DNA of 64,000 bases from Octopus vulgaris (GCA_951406725.2 OX597820.1:51088001-51152000); one strand, 5' to 3'; shown: positions 40,419-55,521, numbered from the stretch's first letter. Numbers and translations are program-made. The notes: generated by a model from the letters alone, not told the origin.

Positions 40419-40650
40419 ACATGCATAGCAAGTGACCTGATCTGAGATCGTGTGCTGGAACGAAAACAACTGAAGCGTGGAAGGTGTTTATAAGCCATTT
40501 TAAAACACACAAAAACTGATATATTCACCTCAACTTTTAAAGTTAATTTGCCAACATATTTTCGTCGCTTTGAGACCGCGACTTCTTCATTGACAGGAAT
40601 TTTCTCAGTTTTCGTGTGTTTTAAATGGATTATAAACACCTTCCACGCTG
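40419..40650. mobile_element. Foldback element, same family as 921-1168
   Basis: Shared head gcatagc(a/g)agtgac(c/t)tgatctgagatcgtgtgctgga; arms 40474-40519 and 40605-40649. Confidence 0.85.
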
Positions 40651-40683
40651 TAATTGTTATATATATATATGTATGTATGTATG

Positions 40684-40744
<61 letters not shown>

Positions 40745-40930
40745 ATGTTACATCGCTAGCCACTAAACATTATTTATTCTCTCTCGTTGTTTCTTTTTGT
40801 TATTTTTCTGTGGATGAGCGTTGGCTCGAAACGTGAAAGTCATTTTCACTTCCCCAGAGTTAAACTAATACATCTGTTTATTGTCTACACCACCTGTCCT
40901 CATCTTTTTGGGTGTTTTTTGTGAATTCCC
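40745..40930 (+). mobile_element. Solo Penelope pLTR fragment
   Basis: tctgtggatgagcgttggctcgaaacgtgaaag..actaataca..ccacctgtc; homologous to 3050-3251. Confidence 0.75.
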
Positions 40931-40933
40931 CCC

Positions 40934-40984
<51 letters not shown>

Positions 40985-41052
40985 AATAAATAGAAAGATA
41001 GATAGTTATATAGATAGATAGATAAATAGATTGATAGATAGATAGATAGATG

Positions 41053-41136
<84 letters not shown>

Positions 41137-41229
41137 TAGATATATACATATATACAAGAAATATACATATTATTAAAAATGATATTACTATCCAGCGAGA
41201 ATAAACCACCATAAAAGGTAGAAATATTA

Positions 41230-41604
41230 ATATACAAAGCTGATGTACTCGAAGTACGATCATTGCAGATCGTTTTAGTGATCTTAGTTCTTATTTTAAC
41301 TGACGATTTTAGCCCAGTAAACAGGTAGAGATGTGATTATTTTGAAATTTCGTCCTCAATAGTAGATTCAACTGAAAATGACTAATCGGATTCGATAATT
41401 GATCCCAGACGTTTGAAACTGCTGTATTGAATTAGCCTTCATTCCTTCATTCCGTTGAGCTAAGACGGAATTTTTCTATATTCACTGCTAGCAAACTTCT
41501 CTGCCTCCAAACATTACATTCAATGAAAGTCTACATAGCGGCGATAGCTTACCGGCTGCTATTTCTCGCAATGATATCACTTCATGTACATCAGCTTTGA
41601 ATAT
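41230..41604. mobile_element. MITE with ~37-bp imperfect TIRs
   Basis: atatacaaagctgatgtactcgaagtacgatcattgc versus gcaatgatatcacttcatgtacatcagctttgaatat; TA context. Confidence 0.75.
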
Positions 41605-42458
41605 ATATATATATATATTTATTTATATACGCACACATATATTCATATCAGTAGGTTAGATACATCAGTGTCTCTCAATCTCTGCCTGTCAGTCTGTCTC
41701 TTCATATATGTGCGTGAGTGTATGTGTACATACATACATAAAAATTGGTGTATATATATATGAGTTAAGCTAAATATTTACATGATTATACCTAAATTAC
41801 TTTGATGAGGTGTCTTTAGAAAAAAATATATCGTTGCATGCTTCATATATTTAGCGAAAACCCACTCCTCTCACTGAACTTTAGTTCTGTAGCAACGCAA
41901 TTATGTCGTAAGACTATTACATGTAGTAAGTAATATGCCTTATACTATTCAAACATTTTCACTATTCGCATAACTTTGAAAGAAGGCATGAAATATGCGT
42001 TATAAATATAATTATTCTAAAACATTTTCAACATTAATCTGAAGTAATTTTCGTTGTATCAGTTTTGTCACTAAAACAAGACAGAAGTAATCTCAGCTCT
42101 AGCATATATATGTTGCAGTATATGTGCTTCACAAAACATATACAAAATACTAATCACAGACGACGCTGCTATTGTGAGAAAGAATCAACTGTTCTTCGCA
42201 TTAACTCTGAATTTTGCTTTTCCTCTATCACATTCACTAGGGTATGCTCAAGGTTTGGCAAAACTAATGTACATTGAATTCGTTTTATTTTAAATGTTCT
42301 ATTTAATGATGCTGTACAATTCATGTCAACGATTCATATATTTATATGACGAATGTTTAACACCATCCACCTTCTCCTTCCCTCTCTCTTTCTCTCTCGC
42401 AGTATATATATGTATATATATATATAGAGAGAGAGAGCCATCACACAAACATCTCCCT

Positions 42459-42489
<31 letters not shown>

Positions 42490-44477
42490 GAGTGTGTTTG
42501 TTTGTCCCTTAACCTAATACAGCTGTTCATATTTCTTTATAAGGGGCTTTATATTTTCATTGGAAATAGAGATATTGATTCCTATTCGAGATGTCTTTCA
42601 AACATTACGTAACACAATATTAATGCCAAATGGAAAAATGAACGTCTGTAATGAACTACAGTTATATTACGACTCACATATCATAACCAGAATATATAAG
42701 AGTGTCTCCATGAGGAGAGAAAAAATATTTATTATATGTTTGCTGAATATCCATAATTTTAAGGCGAATGTTTTACATAGAAATACTATGTCTTCAAAGA
42801 AAATAAAGATGCTATATATTTCCGGAGATTTATAATTCTATTGCAATGTCTGAAATTCAATAATATTGGTGATCATGCTCTAACCGGTTACCAAAGATGG
42901 AGAATTATGTATATGGTGAGCTATCCACTTCCGTTAAACATTTCGACTATAGGTTGGTAAATTCATTTCCCATGCTGTACATTAGCTTGCGAAAAACATG
43001 AAAATCTTATCACCTCCCTGTATATGCTAAGACTAATAAGATTTACATATAGTTGCAATGGTTGATCAGGATCAAATATTTAGATGATGTGAAATAATTG
43101 CCAGCATAATACTCAATGGTGTGAATATATCTTCCCTGTGATAAACCACATCTGATCAAGGCACTTTCATTGCTAGTGTTCTGTCTGTAACTACTGCCGC
43201 CATTTTACTTGATTACATTAGATATTGTTGAGTTGTAACTCTTTTCCAGTGATCATAATGAAGAGTTTATTTGTGAAGTCGAGATGATTCTTATAATGTT
43301 AATACAACTGAGAACCCTAGGCGAACATGAGGTTTTTCAAATAATTTACATTTTCAAATATTTAGCGAATGTGATTTTACTTCGTAAATAATATGGCTTG
43401 TTGATACTTTTTTTGGATTTAATGCGAGAAATTAACTTTAAGAATATTCAAGGACTTTAACTTTCGTCTAAGAAGTATACTTTGCAATTATTTGGTGTCA
43501 GGTTTATTCCTAAGATTTCTGAATGAAATTTGCTTTATGTACATAATGCAACTGTGGAGCTCCGTGTGAGAAATTATCTGAGGTGTAGACTGAATATGAT
43601 ATTCCTCACTCATTTTAGAGTAATGTATTGGTGCTTAGTATACTGCAAACTGCTGAAGGATCCCTCTCTCTCCAAAATATAATGTTCCTTCTTTCACTCT
43701 GTCATTTGTAGAGACCCGCTCCTTTCCCTCTGTCAATTGTGGAGACTAGTAAAATGTGTTTTACCTACATAGCTATGCTTAGGGTATAATTGAAAAAAAG
43801 AAAGAGTACAAACTAGATTGCTGACGAAGTTTTATCTGTGCTACACTGATGCAGTTCATTTGAAGTTATTAAGAAGGAGATTAAGCTTAAACACCCTTAT
43901 AATCACTTGCAGAGGAATGAGATCTATGCTGTTCTTGCGCAATTTCAACTTCCACACGACACCTACGAAACGAAAGTCTTACTCGAATATAGAATTCGTG
44001 GTTTGGATGATACGTCTATGAGATGATGAAATTAAAAATGGCTTGTGAACTGGGTGGGCTTGCTTTTAGTTGTCATACAGCTGATGTTTCAGAGAAAGAT
44101 AGGTCGACGTAACAATTACAGAAGAGAAAATGTACGAAAGGAGCATTATCTATTGCATTGGTTATGTAGAGAGTTCTATAAATCATCCCATATAACCATG
44201 TTCGATACAGCTTTTTTCGTAAGGAACTAATTTCAAGTAGTCAACATGCAGCCATTTGATTCATCCATTTCATTTAAAGTTTTATCACAACAATCTCGTA
44301 ATTACTCAATTATGCGTAAGTGACCTACCTTTTATTTTACATATTTTATATTTTCTATCTACATTTCTTTCGTTCTGCTAGAAGTATCACTATCACCACT
44401 ATATCACTTGACAAAGTGTATCATTGTATAAAATTGGGTGGTACGTTTAAAGTATGCATCGTGGGCGACGTTTGAAC

Positions 44478-45120
44478 TATATTAGAAAATTGAATGGAAA
44501 CTCTGGAGGTGGTGAGTTTCCGATATTTATGTACATGTGTATGCGTGTTTGCGTGCATCACTCCGCATTATTATCGAGTATCGTTTACGCAGAAATAAGC
44601 ATTTTTTGTCATTACTGGAAGCTGATAGTCTATAACATGCACTCTACAAATCCTTATGTATTATAAGTTGGTTGCTATCCGTGAAATGTGTGGTGAGTAG
44701 CGTTTTGAGAATGTTTTGCGTTGAATGCCAACTGAATCTTCGAATGCTTCTATGTAGAGTTGTACAACTCTGTATGTATATTATATTTTCATCATAAATT
44801 TACAATTAATTGTGTAACTAGATCTTTATATTAACTAAGTTTCAATGGATTACAATGTTTGCTATTCTATAAAAAATGCACAAAATTGCTCTGCTTATCA
44901 AAACTGCTAGTTTCACTTTCATTGCACATTTACTAATTTTTTTTACAAGGTATCAATATGCAGACAAGAGTTTAGAGATTTTCTTTCAAGTTCTTTATAA
45001 TTTGTTATAGATGAATTACATTTCAGTTTGGTTGTTTCATTAAATTCGTCTGCTTATTAATTTACGCCATGTTTGGGATAAGTTTATACATTGAAGTAAT
45101 AGCGCATTCCTAACCGAATC
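44478..45120 (-). repeat. Right arm of the long inverted duplication
   Basis: Reverse complement of 39757-40410; outer (TATC)n mirrors the (GATA)n at 39695-39755. Confidence 0.95.
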
Positions 45121-45164
<44 letters not shown>

Positions 45165-45903
45165 ATCTATTTATCTATCTGTCTATTCGTTAGTCTGTCC
45201 TTCTGTGTGACAGTCAGTCTATCTAACTCTCTATCACTCAGATTGTCTGTCTATGTTTTCATCTATCTGTTTCTCTCCTTATGTATATATCTTTCGCTCT
45301 CTCTTCCACTATCTCCCACTACAAACACATACACACACACACAACTGTGCAGATATAAATGTTGTGGACAATCATCTTATTGTATTGAATGTGTAATCTA
45401 AAATTGCATCATTACTTTCTTCCCACAATTATTTCTGGCTAGCCATTGATTCTATGAATCTAAAATCAGACAGTCAATTTCTACTTTTAGCCTAGAGCTT
45501 TTGAGGTATGTTTGGCTTTCAGTTTAGCTTACTTATTCTCAGCAGAGTATACTTCATAAAGTAATTTTTGTCTTCATGTTTTGTTTCGCTTTGTATTTTA
45601 GAATTAAATTTTCATTTCGCTTTTTCTTTTTATTTCGTGCTGTATAATCCTTTACTCTGATTTTCATACTTCATTTCACTTAACTTGCAAATAGTTAAGG
45701 TGAAGCTGTATTTTGATTTGGATATCTAGCAAATATGCGTAATTTTCTATTATTTTGTATGTGGAATTCTTCAAACTCTCTCATTAAATCATACGTTGTA
45801 TATAAAGATTTCCCTCACCCTTAACATATTTGTATTAAGGTTTTGCTCAAATTTTCTCATGGAAGTGTCTATATCTTATACATCATTCTGTTATTAGTTA
45901 ATT

Positions 45904-46317
45904 TACTTTTATTCTTATATTCTTTTATTTGTTTCAGTCATTTGGCTGCGGCCATGCAGGAACACCACCTTTAGTCGAAGAAATCAACACCAAAACTTAT
46001 ACTTTGTAAGCCTAGTGCTTATTCTATCGGTCTTATTTGCCGAAACGCTAAGTTACGGGGACATAAAACATCAGCATCGGTTGTCGAGCGATGGTGGGGT
46101 GACTAACACAAACACACATATACACACACGCACGCACACTCGCACATATACATATATATATTTATACGACAGGCTACTTTCACTTTTCGTCTACCAAAGC
46201 CACAAACAAGGCTTTGGTCGGCCACAGACTATAGTAGAAGACATTTTCCCAAGGTGCCACGCGGCGGGACTGAACCCGGAACCCTGTGGTTAGGAAGAAA
46301 GCTTCTTACCACGCAGT
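45904..46317 (-). mobile_element. SINE family 2, full length
   Basis: Colinear with 7526-8013. Confidence 0.9.
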
Positions 46318-46780
46318 GCACGTTGTCATTTTAATTTTTGAACAACATTGGTATCTTAAATACCACTACATTTCGAAGATATGGAAGCGATTGTTTGCCA
46401 TATACTTACAGAATTAGAAGATCTGCTTCCTACATGAGTTCCCGTAATAGTGTCAAAAGCTGAAGAAGAATGTTGGAAATTAAAGCTCTTCCCACAAACA
46501 TGCACTCCCTCTTCTTTTAGGTACATATGTTGTATGCCAGTTGGTCATTTATATAAAGCGACTCTAGTAAGGAGTCTGTTATGATCGCAGATACTTTTAA
46601 GTAATACCAATTTTTTTCCATTTTGTTGTCATCTATTTACCTCTGTAGTTGTTACTCTTTAAAGCGATACATACCTTCTGGATTGCCCTTCTTTCTGCCT
46701 TTTTTACAGCTCCCAGTCAATAGGCAGCCTATTGTAGAAAACGTTACGTAAGCTATGTCATTTGTAGACTAACAATTTAT

Positions 46781-46943
46781 AGACGCAAGAGTGGCTGTGT
46801 GGTAAGTAGCTTACCAACCACATGGTTCCGGGTTCAGTCCGTGGTACCTTGGGCAAGTGTCTTCTGCTGTAGCCTCGGGCCGACCAAAGCCTTGGGAGTG
46901 GATATGGTAGACGGAAACTCAAAGAATCCCGTCGTATATATGA

Positions 46944-47012
<69 letters not shown>

Positions 47013-47228
47013 TGTGTGTGTGTTTGTGTGTCTGTGTTTGTCCCCCTAGCATTGCTTGACAACTGATGCTGGTCTGTTTATGTCCCCGTCACATAGCGGT
47101 TCGGCAAAAGAGACCGATAGAATAAGTACTAGGCTGACAAAGAATAAATCCTGGGGTCGAATTGCTCGAATAAAGGCGGTGCTCCAGCTTCGCCGCAGTC
47201 AAATGACTGAAACAAGTAAAAGAGTAAG
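46781..47228 (+). mobile_element. SINE family 2, full length
   Basis: gagtggctgtgtggtaagtagctt..ggttccgggttcagtcc..(TA)n(TG)n..aaatgactgaaacaagtaaaagagtaa. Confidence 0.9.
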
Positions 47229-47820
47229 ACCTATTGTTCCGGTGTTCTTCACTATTCAGAATTTATAGTTTTGAGGAATCAGGAAAATTGTTATCTATGA
47301 CATAGACTAAAGCATGCTAGACAATTGCTTCATCTAATAGGGATAGATTTTCAATCCTACCTTTTCGTCTACTTCTTTGTAGTCCTCAAAGTACTAAAAA
47401 TACTTACGGGTGCATTGCCAGCGCATGATGTCACTCCAATTTTATTAAACGTTATCTTTAGTATTGTTTCACACCCTGCTTCTCAATGATTGCTTTTCCC
47501 ATTATAGTAGTGTTTTTCCATATTCAAATATGTTCTCGTAAATATCAATGTGAACGACAAGAGTACATTATTATCATTGAAACATGAACTATATCCAAAA
47601 AGAATATTTAAAATTAATATGCTGCTCCAGCAAGGAGATTCTCTCTTGGCGAATATAGATGCTCATTAAACCGAAATCAGCATCAAAATATTTAGCCATT
47701 TTCTTCAGACCTATTAATGCGTAAATAAGTGAGATCAGATGTACCAATGTGCAAACGCTCTACACTTTTTGACTTAACAGCTTGCCTTTCAAGTAATATA
47801 ACATTGTTTTTGGCCATTAG

Positions 47821-47873
47821 AGGTGGATGACTTCGAAAACTATGAGCCTTCGCCGATGCAACATGCATACTTC
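47821..47873 (+). CDS. Candidate small exon
   Basis: ttgtttttggccattag|AG GTG GAT..TAC TTC|gtacgt encodes (E)VDDFENYEPSPMQHAYF; phase-compatible with 30526-30668. Confidence 0.22.
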
Positions 47874-48378
47874 GTACGTATACCTAAACCTAGTTGCTAG
47901 GAACAATGATTCCTTCCAAGATCATCGAGTTTCCATGATTTCCACACTTTTATGGCACTGATGCACCTGTCGACTTGCAACGTTCCAAGTGTAATTCTGT
48001 TATTTTCAAACTCACCGGGATGGTCTTGTAAAGTCCAAGAGCACTAAATGTAATAAAAGAGTCACTTTTCCATTTTTGCAGTCGTTACCATCGTCTATTA
48101 ATATAAAAAAATATTATTGCATTCCATATCGATTTTCTTGGTATAATAACATTATTTATAGTTTTGTTATTCTCTTTCTCCATTCAATGCTCACATGAGA
48201 GTATATTGGACAATGTAAATACGCGAGGTAGTTAGGTAATGTATTTGAGATCTTGGCGTAGTTAAGCGTTTCATATAATCTTAGATACGTCTATAACTAT
48301 ACCTTACTTAACACATATGTATTTGTAGGTAGATAGATATAGCTAACTAGATAGATAGGCAGCTAAATAGCTAGATAG

Positions 48379-48417
<39 letters not shown>

Positions 48418-48549
48418 CATACATTTACATATGGATAGCTAGATAGATATGCATATATACGTATATATATATATATAGAGAGAGAGATTGATAGAAATAG
48501 ATATGGATATATAAATAAATACGTATATACTTGCTCAGGCACATGTGAA

Positions 48550-48593
<44 letters not shown>

Positions 48594-49513
48594 TATATAT
48601 ATATATGTGTGTGTGTGTGTATATGTATGTATGTGTATATATGTATGTATGTATGTATGTTTGTATGTATCCATAAATATATTTTTGTGCATTTGTAATT
48701 ATACAGAAACCTAAGCATTACTATGTTCATGCGAATTCTTTTCTTTACACTAACAGTTTATCCGAGATATATTTAATCACATTTATAAAAATATCACATA
48801 AAAATCGGAATATAGAATATGAATTGTTATTAAAAGAAACATACATGAAATGGAATAAATTATACCATGATTTGTATTTGGTTTATCATTATATTCTACT
48901 AGATCTTAACCCATATCCGTAACACGTTCGGTATTACTATTTTTCTCATATACTTCATTATTATCATCACTAGCGGCTGCAGAAATATATATATATAAAA
49001 AAAAAAACAGAAAACAAAAAAGCAACAAAAAATATCTATATCAGCATCAGCTGCAATAAATGCAGCATTTTCCGAGTTTTCTTCCTTTTGATATTCCATT
49101 TGTTATGTTTTCCTTCAAACTTCTATATTCATAGAAAATGGTGTTTTTTTTACCGTTAAACTTTTATCTATATTCAATGACTCTATTGTCATCGTATTCT
49201 CCTAGCACTGACATATTATAGCTATTATAATTTTATAATTCTAATTTCGATATTTCCTGTTCTACATCACTAACTATTTCTTTCATCATATTACTTTTAG
49301 AACATCCGTCTCTTTCATTCTCCTACACTTCTATACTTTCTTAGTTATATATTCTTGACTCGTTCTTTTTCTCCCATCCCTTTCCCGACACGTTTACATA
49401 CACACTGGAGGAAATATGTTCATATATATAGAGAGATACACAACATGACTGTATATATATAACCGTCTATGCATACACTAACAGAAATATGAATATATGG
49501 ATATATATATACG

Positions 49514-49660
<147 letters not shown>

Positions 49661-50978
49661 TGATATATATTTATATAAATATCTCTCTGCGTGTGCGTTT
49701 GAGTGTACACATAAATATGCATATTTGATCTGAAACCTGTCCCTTTTCTATTTGTTAACATTTACATGAGTTCTTTTTTTTCTGAACAACAAACTTAGAA
49801 TATTTTCGTTATCACATCTTTGTATTGTGGAAACGGAGATGCTAATAGACATATAAATATCGTGGTTTTTCCTTGCACTGCATATTTCTATTTCTTCTTC
49901 TCCGAGCAAATTAGGTGAGTCCTATAACGATGTAAAGAGTTAAAACATTCTACAGTATTACATACGCACTCTATTGACATTAAAACATATTCACCCCCGC
50001 AGAGACTCGCACAACTGTGGCTCTAAAACGCACGTAGACTCTCTTATACACAGGCTGCTAATCCCTGAGCATGACAGATGATTTGAAAATATTTAGATTT
50101 ACCAAAGGACGAAAGCTTTGGTCAAATAATATTATTAACACTCACAACGCTCTAAAATCATGTGTACAGTAATACGCACACACACTCATATATATATATA
50201 CATATACATAAGTGTTCATGGTTTCCACAGAGCTTGACTCGATGCATTGCTTATATTAGAGTAGATATTATTATCTATCATATTTTAGCGGTGTAATCTG
50301 AGAATGCTCTCGCGGAGGTAATGCTAAATCACGAGGAGACACGGAATGTGGAAAGAGAATATCATTCACAGCCTTATTGAAATATCGGGAGGCTATACAG
50401 ATAACAAACCGTGTGCTTCCTTTTGAAAGATTTAGCATACATTCGTTTTTTTCCGAATTCTAACATACTTTACATCGCGGTCGAATGAATTTAAAAAGGA
50501 ATCTTAAACGGTTTTTCCTAGTTTTGTTTTAGAAATGTGTGTTTTTGCGCTGTATAAAAGCCGTTCCTTCAGTTCCTATAGTTATATTCTGAGTAAGGTA
50601 TAGACACGCTTGTTTCATATCTAGTTGATGGCATATGGCTTTTCTTTAGAGACTACAAATATTTCTATAGGGTCAGCAATAATATTTTTTTCTTGTTCCT
50701 GGACGATAAAGAACTTAATAAATTATCATTTAGTATAAAAAACCCAATATATTTGGCAAGATCGTGTCTAATCGCATATAAACACATCTTGGAGGTGTAG
50801 ATTCATTGCATATCGAGTTGGCTAAATATTCAAAATTTCATAAATATCAGATATCTTGACTTTCTTATATTGTAGGTTTTTAAAAACACAAAGGCAGCCA
50901 TATGCATACGTAGATATTTACATGCAAATACGCACCCACACGAATCTGTCTCCATATATATATATACACAAGTATAAG

Positions 50979-51032
<54 letters not shown>

Positions 51033-52278
51033 AAATATGAGTTAAAAGCAGCTCCAGGGATATAACAATATGGGCATCAGAGAAAACATTATATTTATGT
51101 GAATTACTCATGTCTATGCAAGTCAGTGAGTGCGTATGATTGCATGTGTGCACATATGTGTCAATGTGTATGAATAAATGAATACACTTCTGTTTAAATG
51201 ATGATTACACCAGTTTATTTTTAAGGTACTATTAAATGGCAAGATGGACTTGAGCAGAGTTTAATCTGTGAGCAGAAATTAGTGTTATGAATACCATTAT
51301 ACCGATTATATTTTTTTGTATATTGGAAGAAGGCACCTGATACAATTTCTACATATTACATATCAATGCGTTACCCAATGAATTTTACTATTTTTTTTCA
51401 ATAAAATTTAGTTACAAAATTTGATATTATATTTTGTACGCACACACGCCCACGCATCATTTTACATATATGTGTACATAATAGAAGCAAGCATATATTT
51501 ATTTCTGAAAATATAATGCAATTCTAGGTTTATGCTAGCCTACAAAATCTATTATAGAACATGTTATGCTTGTTATAATAGTACTATGCATGAAATGCCA
51601 TTCACTCATATGCTGACCGTGCCTTTGTAGAGAAAAAAACACTCGCCTTGTTGCAGATGATCTTCATCTACGATTTCTGCAGTCACAGCGCACGCATTTT
51701 CACATAGTATTCACAGTGGGTCAGGTATACATTGATCATGCTTTCATGAAAATTAATGCTGTATTTCGTTGAAGCAAACCCGAACTATGTCTATGTTTTG
51801 GATGATAGCTAGTCAACAGTCTCACACCGGCTTGAAGCCGTAACATGGCGCTCGGCAATATTATACATATGCCACAGAAACCGTCATACAAACGCCAACA
51901 TAATACAAACTCAATTAAAACACAGTAATATAAGTGGCTATGAAATGCTAGATTACATCTTACACTACATGATCATGTAACTCTAAACTATATGCTTGTT
52001 CTCCATCGCGTGGCGCTTCGTGTATTCTTCATCACGGCATAATACAATATGCATCGTATCGGTTAGGCAATTGTCCACAATAATACTACCGTGATGCATT
52101 TAGACAACGCACTATACTTAGTACTTATTCAAACATTCAGCTTCATCTGTGAAATTAACGTATTATGAATCACGTATTATTATGAATCCTGTACATTCAA
52201 GCAGAGCAATGGCTTGGAGCATCGTTTCCAGGAATCACCAACATATGTTTGATGCAACGACGCGTTGTTAGAGCATAT

Positions 52279-52313
<35 letters not shown>

Positions 52314-52314
52314 T

Positions 52315-52347
<33 letters not shown>

Positions 52348-52348
52348 C

Positions 52349-52413
<65 letters not shown>

Positions 52414-53947
52414 GATAACACATCTCCCGTATCTAGAACGATTAAAATTATCGATGGAATGACATATGCAACTATGATTTTAGCAACGGTTTTAGTTAAA
52501 TATCAGGACCTAAGCTTAAAGGCTTAAACAGCGAAGTTGAACTTCCGGTTACGTAAAGAACGTAATACTAATTATAAGGAAGTATTTGGTGGCATGACAG
52601 TCAGCTACTCTCCAATCTACGAAGCATAATGACTAATTTTGCATATCTATATACGTAAATATATTTTGTTTCACGCATTCCTTTTCCCTTTGATTTCGTG
52701 TGAGTAAACGCACGTGTATCCATGTGTGTATGCGTGTGTCTATGTGTGGGTTTGTGTGTGTGCGCTCGCGCGTGTATGTGTGTTTGTGTGTAAAGGGCTG
52801 TATATGTGTAGGTGTGCCCCGTAGAATTGCGTACAACATAAAGGTGAGCAATTATAGTATTTTTCCATGAATGAATCAACAGCCGTGAGCTTTGTGCAGA
52901 CTCGCTAATCCTATTGCGATAACGGGCTTTAAAATGTCATGATCCCTTATCTTCTTCCTCTTGTTACCGCATAACAAAAGAATGAGCAAGTAATAATATA
53001 CAAGAAAATATTTCCATTGTTCGATAAGCAGATGCCTACATCTAATACACCTGCAATATTTCATTGAAAGGTAACCAAAGAATGTGAAACAATAATTACT
53101 CCAAAAGTAGCCGAATATGAGTAAGATGTGAAGAGAAATGACCAAATCGGGCAAACGTTTTCTCATGTTCATACGAAGATTATTTAGACAGTAAAAAATA
53201 CGTGTTAGAGATAAGATGTAAAAATAATTTGAAGCCATTTAAAAGGTCAAATCTGTCCTTCACAATTGCAGCTAAAACGGCTAAGAATATTAGCGTGATG
53301 ATCCTAAACTAAATAACACGTGTACCATGATTTAGCATGGTAAATGTGTAATATATCACGACCCGCCTCTAACAACATGCAAAAATGCTATACAAATATA
53401 GTAAATAGAATTATGTCTGATAAATCTTTCTTTTTCTTCAAACTGTTAAAAGTTAGTTTATATGCGATAGGCAACGGAATACAAAATGTAGTGACGATGC
53501 TCCATGTATTCAAAAAAAAAAAAAACCATAAAGGAGATACAATATACTGACAGAGCCCATAAGAAATATACAGAAAGAGTCAGAATGCACATATGAAATA
53601 TTTATTGTCAGAAAAAATCGTACATACTGAAAATAAAAATAAATGTTTAAAAATTCGAAAACAACTCCCATTACCTGTCGTTCCTTAGTCCTACTGAGAC
53701 AATATGGAATAATACACCCCGTTATATAGAAAAAATATGTGATGCTACAGAGTTTCATATCATGTGCCATCAAAATGAGGGAAACACATATTTCTAACCG
53801 ATGTCTCGAATAGTGATTGAAGAAATTGTTATGGACTTGTTTCATTATAAGTTGCATTTTGAGAGCTTCCTGCACCGGTTTGTCCTGGAAACATTAGCTA
53901 TATTATATCATCGGACGCCATGAGCCAGCCATGCACACGGGGGAATA

Positions 53948-53998
53948 TACTGAGGAAAGACGAAATTACTGAGGAAAGACGAAATTACTGAGGAAAGA
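53948..53998. repeat. 19-bp unit tandem repeat x2.7
   Basis: tactgaggaaagacgaaat. Confidence 0.95.
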
Positions 53999-54895
53999 TG
54001 CAATGTATTCTCACTCCTTGTACAAGAATATTCTGAAGAGATTTCAAGATCATCCTCTTACCCTAACATTTTTGTGCATTGTGTTCATAACATTAGACGA
54101 CCTGCTAAAAAGGCAGACATTGGCTGGTAACATTAGCGAACAAATAAACTCCGTGTATGGATGAATTATTGCTGTATGTAACACGGGATAAAGAACTGGA
54201 AATGTTGGTACATATACCACACTTTGCAAATAAAGCATCGTGAAATGTTGTTTAGGAAATGCCGCAAAAGAAACTTACAGAGAAGAAAATTAATGAAACG
54301 CACTAATATCATATTAGGCAAAGTAACATATATGTATATGTGCTATAATTACATCAAACGCAGACTTAGCGACTTAAATATACGATTTAACATACGTAGA
54401 GCATAAAACAGACAGAACTAAAAGTTTCATTAATAAGGATGATTACAGGCCTTCGATAAGAATACGTAACACACAACTAAATGCCGAAATAGGTAGGTAT
54501 CAATATTTTTGTTGTTTCAAGAATAACTGTAATATAAATGAATTAACAAGAATCGACACAATCGCTAGAAACACATTAGTGGTGCTTAGAATTCTTCTAA
54601 AATATCGATCCTGAAAACTTCTAGGTTTCTCGATATGAAGTAGTTAGTGGACGTCTTGAACTAGAAAACGCAAGCAAATACGTAAGAGAGAAGAAATCAA
54701 ATAATGCTTGTTGAGAAGTAGAAGACATGAAAATAACATTGATGGGTTTTTCTCCGTAGTTCAGAGGTGAAGTATAGTTACCGGTAAATACCAGAAAGAG
54801 TTAATACAATCGAACTAAATATATATGTAGCGAAAGTGACGAAGTAATATCTCGGATCATGTATGACCACATACTAATAAATACAAGTGAATAAT

Positions 54896-54950
<55 letters not shown>

Positions 54951-54952
<2 letters not shown>

Positions 54953-55503
54953 TGGCTGCCCCCTCCTTATCGAGTATGACCATTGCACGAAGATTAATCA
55001 ATGTTGTTATCGTGCGATGCCTGTGCAAGAAAATGCTTTTTTTAAGTGAGGAAAGACTGTGCACTGAGTCAGTCCCACTCACTAAGCAACAGCAGCCATA
55101 ATCCGAAAAGAAGAACAAGTCAACATCATCGGTAACCACTGACCCGCAGGTTTTATGTCGGAGTTTTCCCAATTACCTGAGTTACCTTCTCCTAGAAGGA
55201 TGCCCTAACAAAGGCTTGCAGTCCTTCACTTTCAGTGGTTTAACCGCGCGATCGGGTATTCAGTCCGATTATTTCTATGTGCCCGCGCATGATACAGCCT
55301 TCAGACATTTATTGGATGGCCGTTGACTATCAAGAGTTCCTCCGCCCTTTGTCGGGTTTTGTCTTTCATCCCGCAGGGTGTCCAATAAACACCCTCCTCC
55401 CCAAGCAAGCTTGGTGGGATTGCCGGTTTAGTCGCCGACGACCCGACTATGCAACAGGTCGTACTGGGTTACATGTTACCAGTAGCACTCGAAAGTGACT
55501 TGA
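54951..55503 (-). mobile_element. Non-autonomous retroposon, probably RTE-derived (5' UTR plus 3' tail), in (TA)n
   Basis: GC-richer block sharply bounded by (TA)n; motifs gttaccttctcctag and ccggtttagtcgccg resemble RTE 5' UTR blocks as I recall them; no ORF. Confidence 0.5.
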
Positions 55504-55521
55504 CAATATATATATATATAC

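Noticed and set aside
48016-48043. 28-nt minus-strand micro-exon (tttag|..CG|gtgagt)
   Set aside because: Good splice signals but too short to distinguish from chance
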